Source: Eledone cirrhosa (lineage: Eukaryota). From it: a stretch of DNA of 64,000 nt. Shown here piece by piece: positions 28,665 to 41,574 of this stretch. Positions within the stretch are counted from its first letter, which is position 1; every line of letters starts with the position of its first letter. The position numbers and the translations under genes are program-made. The notes under the pieces are model-generated. The model was not told the DNA's origin, did not search any database, and saw only the letters and a program-made list of their open reading frames with translations. The DNA is taken from positions 21,266,001-21,330,000 of the forward strand of contig OZ024763.1 in NCBI GenBank assembly GCA_964016885.1, read 5' to 3'.

Positions 28665-28834
28665 TATATACATATACACATACACACATTTTGTTTTGCT
28701 TCATATATATTCCGTTTTTATCTAAAATGCTTGACTGAATACACGTGATTTATCTCAAAAATGTTTTTTTTTCCATTCGTTCCTTTCTCTTCTTACACTC
28801 TAACTTTCTATTTCATCTTTTATTTCTCATTCTA

Positions 28835-28870
28835 TCTTCTGATGAAGGACTAGTGTCCGAAACATTAAGA
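28835..28870 (+). ncRNA. Minimal type I hammerhead motif (family B)
   Basis: tctt CTGATGA a ggac tagt gtcc GAAA ca TT aaga. Confidence 0.65.
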
Positions 28871-28909
28871 CTCTCTTCCTATAATTTCAAATGTTAAACT
28901 AATATTTAT

Positions 28910-29024
28910 GGGGCTTAGAAAAACTGAAGGACTGCTGCAATAAGTGTGTGAATCAGCTCATGATTAACTCATCCTCTTGTATTTTCTTTTATCCAAAGCC
29001 AGGAACTCTTCAGCACCCCCTCGT
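28910..29024 (+). mobile_element. mariner 3' remnant
   Basis: GLEKLKDCCNKCV resembles the mariner transposase C-terminus; TIR-like ttcagcacccctcgt. Confidence 0.55.
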
Positions 29025-29068
29025 TTGTATATAGAAATATAGAAAGATATATGTATATATAGGATATG

Positions 29069-29132
<64 letters not shown>

Positions 29133-29409
29133 GTATTTTTGTATAAAAGCATAACAAAGAAGACTTTAAAGAAAACAACCGTTCTATTATATTAGTCAAT
29201 TAGTCGACATTTGAAGTTCACTACCTTTTATAATTACTCAGTAGAAATAATACCCTACTTTGCTTGGTTTGTTTTCACAAGCATCTGACCAGTTTATATT
29301 GTAAACATCTATTTAGTAGAATACTTTAAAAGGGGGCTCTTCAATATTCATTGGCTCTATCATGTCCCCCACCTTTTACCTCTTACCTTCTATTGTAATC
29401 TAAATCCTG

Positions 29410-29600
29410 AAATACTGTGATCTGTCGGTTAACTACATCTTCCAGCCCGTGGTGTTTGAGACATTTGGGGGAGTCGGGCTACTGACTGCAAGGTTCTTGT
29501 CTTCACTGCTCACTCACTATAACCCATGGTAACTGGTGATGCTTGTGAGAGTGCTTGGTTGTTCCAGCACATCAATCTCGCCTTCATCAAGGTAACACTG
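29410..29600 (+). mobile_element. Second CRE-like C-terminal remnant
   Basis: YIFQPVVFETFGGVG...TGDACESAWLFQHINLAF. Confidence 0.6.
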
Positions 29601-29717
29601 AGAGAAGGTTGGCTTGCCTCAAAAATTATTAGAGAGATTTCCCAGTGCTCCTTGGGATACTGTTATCTTTTGCTCTGGTAGTGATTCATTTGTCCACACT
29701 TTTTGCCTCACCTTTTG

Positions 29718-30218
29718 TTGTATGAGGTCCTAGATGTATGTATTACCTGCTTGTGTGTTATCCTAGATGTATGTACTACCTGCTTGTGTGTTGTATGTGG
29801 TCCTAGATGTATGTACTACCTGCTTGTGTGTTGTATATGGTCCTAGATGTATGTACTACCTGCTTGTGTGTTGTATGTGGTCCTAGATGTATGTACTACC
29901 TGCTTGTGTGTTGTATGTGGTCCTAGATGTGTGTATTACCTGCTGGTGTGTTGTATGTGGTCATAGATGTATGTATTACCTGCTTGTATGTAGTCCTAGA
30001 TGTATGTATTATCTGATTGTGTTGTATGTGGTCTTAGATGTATGTATTACCTGCTTGTGTGTTGTATGTGGTCCTAGATGTATGTACTACCTGCTTGTGT
30101 GTTGTATGCGGTCCTAGATTTATGTACTACCTGCTTGTGTGTTGTATGTGGTCCTAGATCTGTATATTACCTGCTTGTGTGTTGTATGTGGTCCTAGATG
30201 TGTGTATTACCTGCTTTG
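29718..30218 (+). repeat. 40-bp tandem array (about 12 units)
   Basis: tcctagatgtatgtactacctgcttgtgtgttgtatgtgg; period 40. Confidence 0.92.
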
Positions 30219-30695
30219 TATATAGTATATGTGTTTTGTGTTTTCATTCTGTAACCATTATATTACTATATTTTTTTTATACAACTGTGAAGAAAAAATT
30301 TTCCATTTAATTTATATATTTTCCTCTATGTGTGGCATGTTTGCCTGCATGTGTCAGCATGTATTCTGTCCGATGGAAGGAAGCTGGGGAAGATTTTTAC
30401 CTTTGCTTATTTTTTTCCCTAAGTTTTTCTCACTCTCCTAAGTATCTACGTATATAAGATCATTTCTTTTATCATTTTTTTTTTAACCTAATTTTCCTCC
30501 TCATTTCTTATACCTTGTTTACTTTTAATTTTTTCACACACACGTGTGTGTGTGTGTGTGTATATATTCTTAAAAGTACCTCTTTTCCTATATATATATA
30601 TATTCTTAAAAAATAATTCTTTGCCTATATATATTTATATGTGTGTATACATATATATGGGTATGTATATATATATATATTCATATACGTATATA

Positions 30696-30863
30696 TGAAG
30701 AGGCGGATTTTTAGGTCTCTACGAAGGTCCGACTTCCACACCGATCTCAAGCTGTGGCACGCCGCCCAGGCCTTGCTCTTCCTCTCAACCACATCATCTT
30801 CCGTATTCCCAATCTTTGCTCCCAAATACAGGAAGCCCTCAACCAATTCTAGCGGCTTCCCGC
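30696..30863 (-). mobile_element. RTE family A fragment
   Basis: Matches 331-498. Confidence 0.85.
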
Positions 30864-31194
30864 TAAACCTAAAAAACCAGAAGAGATTAAGAGAATAAAA
30901 AAATAAAAAGTTTCCTAAAAAATTCCTTCAAAAAAATTTTTCTAAAAAATTCCCTTAAAAAAATTTAAGAAAATTTACGAAGATTTAATAATCCCTACGA
31001 AAGTTCTAAACTTAAAAATTAAAAATTAGGGGAAAAAAAAATACTTTCAAAAAGATTTAAGAGGTTAATAAAGTTAATGATTTAGGGAATCCATAATATA
31101 AAGATTAAGTGTGAACTTGGAATTGGTGAGAGGAGGGGATAATAGCGAGAGACACAATATACCACCCCAGTCAAGTCCAAAACTGGACTTTTTT

Positions 31195-32350
31195 ACCAAT
31201 ATATCCTATACACCAATATATCCTATACACCAATATATCCTATACACCAATATATCCTATACACCAATATATCCTATACACCAATATATCCTGTACACCA
31301 ATATATCCTATACAGCAATATATCCTATACACCAATATATCCTATACACCAATATATCCTATACACCAATATATCCTATACACCAATATATCCTATACAC
31401 CAATATATCCTATACACCAATATATCCTATACACCAATATATCCTGTACACCAATATATCCTATACAGCAATATATCCTATACAGCAATATATCCTATAC
31501 ACCAATATATCCTATACACCAATATATCCTATACACCAATATATCCTATACACCAATATATCCTATACAGCAATATATCCTATACACCAATATATCCTAT
31601 ACACCAATATATCCTGTACACCAATATATCCTATACAGCAATATATCCTATACAGCAATATATCCTATACACCAATATATCCTATACACCAATATATCCT
31701 ATACACCAATATATCCTATACACCAATATATCCTATACACCAATATATCCTATACACCAATATATCCTGTACACCAATATATCCTATACAGCAATATATC
31801 CTATACAGCAATATATCCTATACACCAATATATCCTATACACCAATATATCCTATACACCAATATATCCTATACACCAATATATCCTATACACCAATATA
31901 TCCTATACACCAATATATCCTATACACCAATATATCCTATACACCAATATATCCTATACACCAATATATCCTATACACCAATATATCCTATACACCAATA
32001 TATCCTATACACCAATATATCCTATACAGCAATATATCCTATACACCAATATATCCTATACACCAATATATCCTATACACCAATATATCCTATACACCAA
32101 TATATCCTATACACCAATATATCCTATACACCAATATATCCTATACAGCAATATATCCTATACACCAATATATCCTATACAGCAATATATCCTATACACC
32201 AATATATCCTATACACCAATATATCCTATACACCAATATATCCTATACACCAATATATCCTGTACACCAATATATCCTATACACCAATATATCCTATACA
32301 CCAATATATCCTATACAGCAATATATCCTATACACCAATATATCCTATAC
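31195..32350 (+). repeat. 17-bp tandem array (about 68 units)
   Basis: accaatatatcctatac; accounts for the 456-aa ORF. Confidence 0.95.
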
Positions 32351-33924
32351 AACAAAACCTTGGATTTAGAACCGGCAGGCTGATCTATCGCAAACACGTG
32401 CGATCCCATGCATGGCTTAATAACTGGCACGACCGAAACTACATGGTAAAGATCGAACGGAGCACACGCTGCGACCACTAGCTGTTTGATCAGCAGGTCC
32501 ATCTCCCAGAGAGTGCACACAGCTGATAGTGAATCCCAGTTGATTCGTGAACTCGGAACTTTTCAACAAGACCAACTGTGCCCGGAGCTATGCAGATGGT
32601 TGCATGCACACAATGGATATCGCACCTACAAGGTCACCTATATTGTTCATCTTGCTGTATATGTGTAAAGTATCCATGTGTGGGATATCCCTGAGTAAAT
32701 TTGCTTGACTGTTAATTGTTTATTAATTGTTTGTTAATTAGGCAGGAATATATTATTATATCTTTGTTAATCCTATATTAATAATTTTTTGATAATACAT
32801 TATTAGATTACTTAAGCTATTTAATACCTTCTTAAAAATACATTTTATAATTATTGTCTTTTTGCTTATATATTTTCTTACTTATCATTTTCTTTAATCT
32901 TCGAGCCCAACTTGATAAGCTCTTTGAATTGCTCCTTAATTAGATTACTTAAATTACTTTATTTATTATACCTAAGTTGTTGTATCTGTTGAAGCAACCC
33001 TTTGGAAATTCCTCGGATCTCCCAAATTCCGTAATTTGTAATTTATAATTTTCCTCAATTCATTTATATATATTTTTAAAGGTTCTCTAAATTTTTAATT
33101 CTTTGAAGGGTCTTTCGGAAGAGGTTTTTATTAAAAATATTAAAAAAACCTTTTCTGAAGGATTTTTTGAAGGCTTTTTGAATTAACCTTTAATTGATTA
33201 ATTTCTTTCAACTATTTATTTCTTAATTTTTAAATTTAATGTTCAACCTCTTAATCTTTAATTTTTAATCTTGGATATATAAGATTTCTTAATCTTAAAT
33301 TCATTAAATTTTTTAATTTCTTAAACTTAAACTCTTAAACTTCAAATCCTAACTTAAATCTTAATCTTTATATTATGGATTCCCTAAATCATTAACTTTA
33401 TTAACCTCTTAAACCTTTTTGAAAGTATTTTTTTTCCCCTAATTTCTAATTTTTAAGTTTAGAACTTTCGTAGGGATTATTAAATCTTCGTAAATTTTCT
33501 TAAATTTTTTTAAGGGAAATTTTTAGAAAAATTTTTTTGAAGGAATTTTTTAGGAAACTTTTTATTTTTTTATTCTCTTAATCTCTTCTGGTTTTTTAGG
33601 TTTATTAGGGCTTATAAGCTTTATGCGCTTATTGAGGTGTTTTTTTGGGTGCTTTTAAGGGATCCCAAGTCTTTTACTTTTAATGCGTAACTTATAAATT
33701 CTTTAATTTTTAACCTTCAATCCCTAACTTTTAGGCCCTTTTCAAATTCTCTTAATTCCCTCTAACCCATCCCTTTTACAACTCCTACAACTATTATAAA
33801 AGAGCCCCCTTAGAAAATAGACCCCAGATAAACAAGCTGAGCTGTTGATGTATACCACGATTTCAAACTGCTAATCTTGAGTGAAACGTTGATGAAAATA
33901 ATGAACTTACAATCACCTGTTATA

Positions 33925-33971
33925 TGCCTTGAAAAGTCCCACCATATGGTCGGACGAAACGGCTGTCGGCA
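33925..33971 (+). ncRNA. Type I hammerhead motif with U3-A8 core variant
   Basis: tgcc TTGAAAA gtcc c accatatggt c ggac GAAAC ggct GTC ggca. Confidence 0.75.
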
Positions 33972-35034
33972 ATAAACTTGTTATAATGTCATAATAGTTC
34001 CTTTGTTCTTTTTCCTTAATATTTCTGCTCTGCTTATACGCATAGAGCTTAACTAGCTACCGTCGCATATTTGGTAGGTCAGGCGTGATCATCGCGATTT
34101 ACGTACGACCTACCATACATCTTGCTTATATATATATATATATATAAACATATATATATATACGTATATGAATATATATATATATGATGATATATGTATA
34201 TATATGTTTATGTGTGTGTGTATATATATATATATTCTTTTTTCTTTAACTAATTATATTTTCTCACCTTTCTATTTTTTCTTCCTCAACATTCATTTCT
34301 CTTTCCTCTTCTCCTTTCATTCCTTTCCTCTTTTCTTCTCTTTTCTCTCTCCTTTACTTCATCATCCATTCTATTCTGCATTTCTTTTTTTGTTTTCCTT
34401 TTAATCCGTCACCTACTTTACCACCACCACTATCACGACGACCACGAGCATAATAACACCACCACCACTACCACCACCACCAACAACACCACCACCACCA
34501 ACACCACCACCACCAACAACAACAACACCACCACCACCACCTGACTCTCAGGTGTCTTTAACAGACTCCTTCACTCTGATTTTAAGCATTTAAGCCAGAT
34601 ATTTAATTTAAGGATACCTTCCTTCCTCCCTTTCACCACTTTGAGAGTTACTGAAAAGGGTCATGAGCCCTGCACTTCCCTCTTTGATTAAATAACAACA
34701 AAAACACCAAACACACACACAAAAAAAGAAAGAGATTCCATTGCTCTTTTGCTATTTCTTATAAGACTCTTGTTATTTTTACCTCTCTCCATGTTTCTCC
34801 TTCTAAGAAAACAAAGAAAAAGAAAGAAATTCAACTGAAGAAAATCTGTCTATTGTCTGTTTTAGGGAGGGAAAATTGATGTTTTTTTTTTTTTGTGGGG
34901 TTGGTTTTTGGTGCCATGATAAACAAATTACTTTTATTTTGGGTCAAATATAGCTGTTATCAAGAGTGACATTAAATGGTAAAAGCTTTTTCTCAGTGGG
35001 ATTGGAGTGGCAGCAGCTAATTTACATGCTAGTA

Positions 35035-35375
35035 AATAAATAAAAATAAAAATAGATAAAATAAAGTAAAATAAAATAAAAATACAATAAATAATAAAAA
35101 AATAAATAAATAAAAGATAAATACAAATAAATAAAATAAAAATATAATAGATAAAATAAAATAAAAGATAAATACACAAAAAAAATATAAAATAAAATAA
35201 GATGAAATAAATACAAAATAAAAAAATGAAATAAAACAAAAAATATAAAATAAATCAAAATAAAAAAAAAGATAAAAAATAAGATAAAATAAAATAAAAA
35301 TGCAAGAATAAATAAATAAATAGATATATAAAAATAAAATGAAAAAAAAAAAAAAATGAAAATAAAACTAAAAAA
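35035..35375. repeat. (TAAAA)n A-rich tract
   Basis: Direct reading. Confidence 0.9.
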
Positions 35376-35779
35376 ATTCTTGTGAACAGAAGAATATTCA
35401 GAATGTATTACCCTCAGAGGAATCTGATAGTTATAGTATTAATGCTTCAGTGACAGGAACGATGATCATATTTTTTTGTAGTAGAGAAATCTAATTTTGT
35501 CAGATACTGTTAGCTAAATATATCCTCTTACTATGGCAAGAAATTTCCAGGAAATCTTCTCATGTATTCTTACAATTAGCTGTATGTAATTCTCTGCATG
35601 CTTCCGACTTGGTTGTAATCTTACTTCGGTTTGCCAACTTGCATTATTCTCTCTTTATGTACAAGAAACTACGTTGTCTTTCTCTTGTGCCGTCTTTTGA
35701 CAGGACAGGACAAGGGGAGAGATGGACAGATAAACTCTTATTTCATGCAGTTTTGCTTTCTTGCTGTTCCCAGAGGTGC

Positions 35780-36381
35780 GTGTGTGTGTTTGTGCATGTG
35801 TGTATGTGTGTGTGAATGTGTGTGTGGTTGTGTGTGTTTGTGTGTGTGTGTGTGTGTGAATGTGTGTGTGGTTGTTTGTGTGTGTATGTGTGTGTGTGTG
35901 TGTGAATGTGTGTGTGGTTGTGTGTGTTTGTGTGTGTATGTGTGTGTGTGTGTGTGAATGTGTGTGTGTGTTTGTGTGTGTATGTGTGTGTGTGAATGTG
36001 TGTGTGGTTGTGTGTGGTTGTGTGTGTTTGTGTGTGTATGTGTGTGTGTGGTTGTGTGTGTTTGTGTGTGTATGTGTGTGTGTGTGTGTGAATGTGTGTG
36101 TGGTTGTGTGTGTTTGTGTGTGTATGTGTGCATACTCATACACATGCAAGCACATGCACTGTCTCAGAGATGTGTGCATGTGTGTAAATGTCTGTGTGTA
36201 TATCTGGGTACTCATACGCATGCAAACTCACACATACACATGCAAACACACACACATGCACATACATGCAAACACATGCACTGTCCCAAAGTGTGTGTGT
36301 ATGAATGTGTGTGTGTGTGTACTCATACAGATGCAAACACATACACATACATACAAGACCACCTGCACATGCAAACACACA

Positions 36382-36412
<31 letters not shown>

Positions 36413-36415
36413 CTA
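35780..36415. repeat. (GT)n/(CA)n compound repeat
   Basis: Direct reading. Confidence 0.9.
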
Positions 36416-37240
36416 CTTGCTCTGTTTAGGGAATTATGTCGTAGAGAAATGTGAAATAAAAGTATTATATCCATTTTTTTTTTAAACTGAAGGGAATAGA
36501 ATAGTAATGAAGCCCAACAGAATATCATCATCACCATTATCACCACCATCATCATCATCATCACCATAAACCATCATCATCATATCATCATCATCATCAT
36601 CATCATTTTCATAATCATCATCGTTTAACGTCCATTTTTCCATGGGTTAGAGGTTAGACGAGTTGTCCTGTTGTGAGACAAGTCAGATCACCGTGTCTTG
36701 CTCACATAGAACTGTTTCTGGTGTGTATAATGTAATATATATCATCATCATCATCATCATCATCACTGTTTCCCCTCCCTCAAATATGTTGGCCTTGTGC
36801 CTAAATCAGAAAGAGGGTCGGACGCCATGCTTTCCAGCATAGTTACGTCCCTTTACGATCTGAGTTCAAATCCCGCCGAGGTTGACTTTGCCTTTCATCC
36901 TTATGGGGTCGATAAAATAAAGTACCAGTAATGCACTGGGTAATTGCTGGCCTTGTGCCTAAATCAGAAACCATTATTAGTCCCTTCCATGTGTCAGTAA
37001 TCAACATAAACTATATAAACTATAGGGTTTATCTTATGCAGGCTATTCATTTATATAAATGCAAGTTTCCTAGTTTGTGTGATTGCTCCTAACCCCAGTA
37101 ATCCTGCTGTATATGACATACATATCCTGTACTCCAAAAATGAAATATATTCAACACTATTGCTGGCATCTACTGGTTTGTAGGATATTCTACATATATG
37201 ATAAACATTTATGTAATTATATACTAGAAATAAATTATTA

Positions 37241-37670
37241 ACCCTTTAATTATCTACCTTTTTCTGTTGAAACTGGCTGTAACTGGTCACTCAAACTGAT
37301 GTTAAGGTATTGTTCTCAAAATAAATACTTTCAAAATCTCATAGATTCGATATTATGTGAGATAATTATGTGAGGTAAAGCCTTTACCATGAAAATACAA
37401 TAGTATATATAGAGTAATCATCATCATCATCACCGTTTTACGTCCGTTCTTCCACGCTAGCATGGGTTAGACGGGTTGTCCTGTTGTGTGCAGTGTCTGG
37501 TCGGCTGACCATGCCTTGCTCATACAGGAACTGATCTGGCTTGATTTCTACAGCTGGATGCCCTTCCTAACACCAACCTCATTTACAGTGAGTGCTGGGT
37601 GCTTTTTCGTGGCGTGAATGCTAAAGGGTTAAGATATTTCGTAATGTGAATGCTAAAGGGTTAAGATATT
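37241..37670. mobile_element. piggyBac-like MITE interrupted by a SINE tail (37418-37612), right end duplicated
   Basis: ttaaccctttaa...; gtgaatgctaaagggttaagatatt present twice. Confidence 0.7.
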
Positions 37671-37959
37671 AAATACTACAAAATCATAAAACAGCACAAC
37701 CCTCATGACCTTTGGAAACATTTTTTCACGCTCAGAGTTGCTGAACAAACTACCTGTATCAGTTATTAGCTCTCTGGGCACTGCATCTTTCAAAGCATCC
37801 ATGCTTCACAGAATTTGCCAACACTACACCTGATATTCCCCCTCCATACACACACACACACATGCATGTATCTGTTTGTATATCATGACTTATACACTGT
37901 TCAATTTCCTGACATTTGTACATTATTCTATATACTATACATGCATCTTTGATGAGTTG

Positions 37960-38849
37960 TAGAGTCAGAACTGGATGGAAAAAGTTCAGAGAGCTTATAC
38001 CACTATTAGCCGCTAAAGGGTTCTCTCTAAAAATGAAAGGCAGGTTGTATGATGCCTGCATACGAACAGCAATGTTTCATGGCAGTGAGACCTGGGCATT
38101 GTGTGCAGAGGATATACGCAGACTAGAGAGGAACGAAGCTTGCATGATCCGCTGGATGTGTAATAGTAATATATGTGAACGGCAAAGCATAAACGAACTA
38201 AGGGAAAAATTAGAAATAAGAGGGATCAGATGTTGTTTACTCGAGAGAAGACTACGTTGGTATGGTCACGTGATGCGCATGAAAGATGACAGCTGTATAA
38301 AAAAGTGCAGGGCAATAAAAATAGACGGTAGCCACGGAGTAGGCAGACCCAGAAAAACCTGGGACGACTTGATAAATTCCGACCTCACACACTTACACCT
38401 CTCCAAGACAATGTCACTGGACCGAGATCTTTGGCGCTACACAGTAATACAGAAGACCCGCCTTACTTAAGTACAAAGTGAAACCTACTACAGTCAGTAG
38501 GCACCTCTAACAAAAATACACCCCGTCCCACTACCCCCACCCCATCCACACCACCCCTTTCAATGTAATGTTATGTTGGTACCACAACATCCAGTCCGAA
38601 ACAAATGAGGTTGTGTAGGTGTCACGACAAAAAAACACAGTCCACGCTGTAATGTGGCCATGTAGGTAACACGGTAAAAACCTCCCAGTCCACACTGTAA
38701 ACGTGGTTGGTGTTAGGAAGGGCATCCAGCCGTAGAAAACCCGCCAGACAGTCCTATGCGAGCAAGACAACCACTCTTGCCTCAAGTGGGAAAACTCCCA
38801 TCCAAACCCATGCAAGCGTGGAATATGGACGTTAAACGATGATGATGAT
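37960..38849 (+). mobile_element. RTE-clade LINE 3' end with about 380-bp 3' UTR and (GAT)n tail
   Basis: ORF 37916..38470: [12 protein letters not shown]...[12 protein letters not shown]...IQKTRLT*; UTR ends ggacgttaaacgatgatgat. Confidence 0.88.
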
Positions 38850-38951
38850 AAGCAAAGAGATATTTAATTTGTTGGTCATTCAACAAATTTATTTATAACA
38901 GATTCGAAGCACTCAACAAGTTTCCTAGAGTATAATATCAATGATATTAAA

Positions 38952-39004
<53 letters not shown>

Positions 39005-39007
<3 letters not shown>

Positions 39008-39176
39008 CGAAGGAAATGTGGTAAGGAACCAGGTGGACCATAACGCACCAAAGTACTCAATACTTGGAGTAGTAGAGTGGGTAATAGGAACCAGTAAGAC
39101 CCCGACGGCTGAGCTCAAGCCGTTTCGACGGCTAATTCTGGACTGAGCTCAGCCGTCGGGGTCTTACTGGTTCCTA
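39005..39176 (-). mobile_element. Fold-back family F carrying the 3' half of a hammerhead
   Basis: Minus strand: gtcGAAACggcttgagctcagccGTCgggg; inverted ataggaaccagtaagaccccgacggctgagctca arms. Confidence 0.7.
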
Positions 39177-40624
39177 TATATATATATATATACACACACA
39201 CATGTATCTGTGTGTGTGTATCATGACTTATACACTGTTCACTTTCCTGACAATTGTACATTATTCTATGTGCTATACATGCACCTTTAATGAGTTGTAG
39301 TGCACCTGAGCACTGTACACAATAATTTTCAGAGGTTGACTTTGCCTTTCATCCTTACGGGGTCGATAAAATAAAGTACCAGTAATGCACTGGGTAATTG
39401 CTGGCCTTGTGCCTAAAGTAGAAACAATTATTATTATATCATTCAAGGACGGTGGATTGGCAGTATCAGTAGAGGGTCAGACGCCATGCTTTTCATCATA
39501 GGGTTATGGCCCTTTATGATCTGAGTTCAAATCTCGCAGTGGTTAACTTTGCCTTTCATCCTTACGGGATCGATAAAATAAAGTACCAGCCACGCACTGG
39601 GTTCGATTTAATCGACTTCCCCTCCCCCCAAATTGCTGGCCTTGTGCTTATATAAAAAACCATTATTATATCATTCTTATTATCAGCCCCTTTCAAGTGT
39701 CAGCAATCAACATAAACTATAGGGTTACTCTTATGCAAATGATTCATTTATATATTTCCCAGTTTGTATGATTGCTCATATATCCAGTAATCCTGGTATG
39801 TATGACATACCAATCCTGTACTCCCAAAATTAAATACATTCAACACTATAGCTGTCATTATTGTCAACACAAACCTTACAAGATTGTGTAATAAAACCCT
39901 TTAAAAGCACCGAAACACACCAAAAGGAATGACTCCATTATATAACACACTTAAACGATGTGTAAATGTAACAAGGATGAGATTCATACAGGAACAGTTA
40001 TTGGTATTTAATCCTGGCTTACCAATATCCTGTGTTGAAATGGCATCATTTACATCTGTCACACTGTTACTCAACTGATCAATATAGAAAAGTGATTGAA
40101 CTGGGCTGTCTGGGGGTGGGGGTGGCCTGGTGTGGGAGGAAGGGATTTTAATGTTACAACATCATCCATTGATTTTTTTTTTTTTTTTACGCTGGTGTCA
40201 AAAATGACAAGTTTCTTTCTTTTTTGTCAGTTGAGAAAAAGAGAGAGGGAGAGAGAGAGACTGACTAATGTTCTTACAGTAAAGAGAGAGAGAGAGAGAG
40301 AGAGAGATGATACTGACTAAGGCTCTTACAGTAAAGAGAGAGAGAAAGAAAGAGAGAGAGAGAAAGAAAGAGAGAGAGAGAGTGGATACTGACTGACTAA
40401 GGCTCTAGGAAACCACAGCTGTTGATATATTCACCAAATTATTTACAAATTCTGAGTGATCAAATTTTTACACTATTAAAGTTATTAAAAAATATTATGA
40501 AATCTTGTTATGTTGTGTTTACTGTCCAAAGATATTGATCTCATTTCCTTTTACATATGGATAGTTGGATAATCTATAGTGTATTTTCTTTGCACTCTTA
40601 TATCTTACATATATATATTTTATA

Positions 40625-40800
40625 TAGAAAGGTTTCTACAGGACTAGAACTGTTTCATTCGGGAAGCTTCCTGATGATTTCTCCCAAATGAAACAGTTCT
40701 AGTCCTGTAGAAGCTTTCTACTTTCTATACTAAATATTTATACTCTGCTATGTATTGAGTACCTTACTGTGGTTACCCCCGATTGAACCCGGGATAAACT
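40625..40800 (+). mobile_element. Fold-back family D element
   Basis: Arms 40625-40664 and 40682-40720; tail tattgagtaccttactgtggttacccccgattgaacc then (TA)n. Confidence 0.8.
40664..40716 (+). ncRNA. Type I hammerhead ribozyme motif (family D)
   Basis: aagcttc CTGATGA tttctcccaaat GAAA cag ttctagtc ctg TA gaagctt. Confidence 0.75.
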
Positions 40801-40863
40801 TATATATGTATATATATATATGTGTGTATATATATATATATATATGATATATATATATATATA

Positions 40864-40892
<29 letters not shown>

Positions 40893-40894
<2 letters not shown>

Positions 40895-41066
40895 ACGAAG
40901 GAAATGTGGTAAGGAACCAGATGGACCATAACGCATCAAAGTACTCAATACTTAGGGTAGTAGAGTGGGTAATAGGAACAAGTATGACCCCGACGGCAGA
41001 GCTCAAGCCGTCCAGAATTAGCCGTCAAAACGGCTTGAGCTCTGCTGTCGAGGTCATACTTGTTCC

Positions 41067-41068
<2 letters not shown>
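40893..41068 (-). mobile_element. Fold-back family F
   Basis: Same body as 39005; inverted terminal segment. Confidence 0.75.
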
Positions 41069-41098
<30 letters not shown>

Positions 41099-41188
41099 TA
41101 TACATATAATATATACATATATATATATACATATATATATATACATATATATATATACACATATATATATATATACATATATATATAT

Positions 41189-41320
<132 letters not shown>

Positions 41321-41574
41321 ATATATATATATATACATGTATCATCATCATGTGGAGGCATGTGGCCTCATGGTAAGTGTGTTAGACTTACAATTATAAT
41401 GTTATGGGTTTAATTCCTGGACTGGTTTGTGTGTTGTGTTCTTGAGAAAAACCCTTCATTTCATGTTGCCCCAGTGCACTCAGCTGAAAATGATTAAACA
41501 ATTGGAGCACTCATCTTCAAAAATGATGGAAGTCTAGTCCATATTTCCACCGAAAATTCAAGCCAATTCTCTTT

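Larger units (their letters stand above)
30864..34127 (+). mobile_element. Putative Penelope-like element derivative with 5' inverted duplication and hammerhead-bearing terminus
   Basis: 30864-31109 is an inverted copy of 33359-33603; degenerate LDF..FRT..IYRK..LN.W / NGY peptide; TATAAA at 33795, hammerhead at 33925, AATAAA at 33971. Confidence 0.6.

Noticed and set aside
31111-32481. 456-aa ORF as a repeat protein
   Set aside because: Almost entirely a stop-free 17-bp DNA array; only the flanks may be TE-coding remnants
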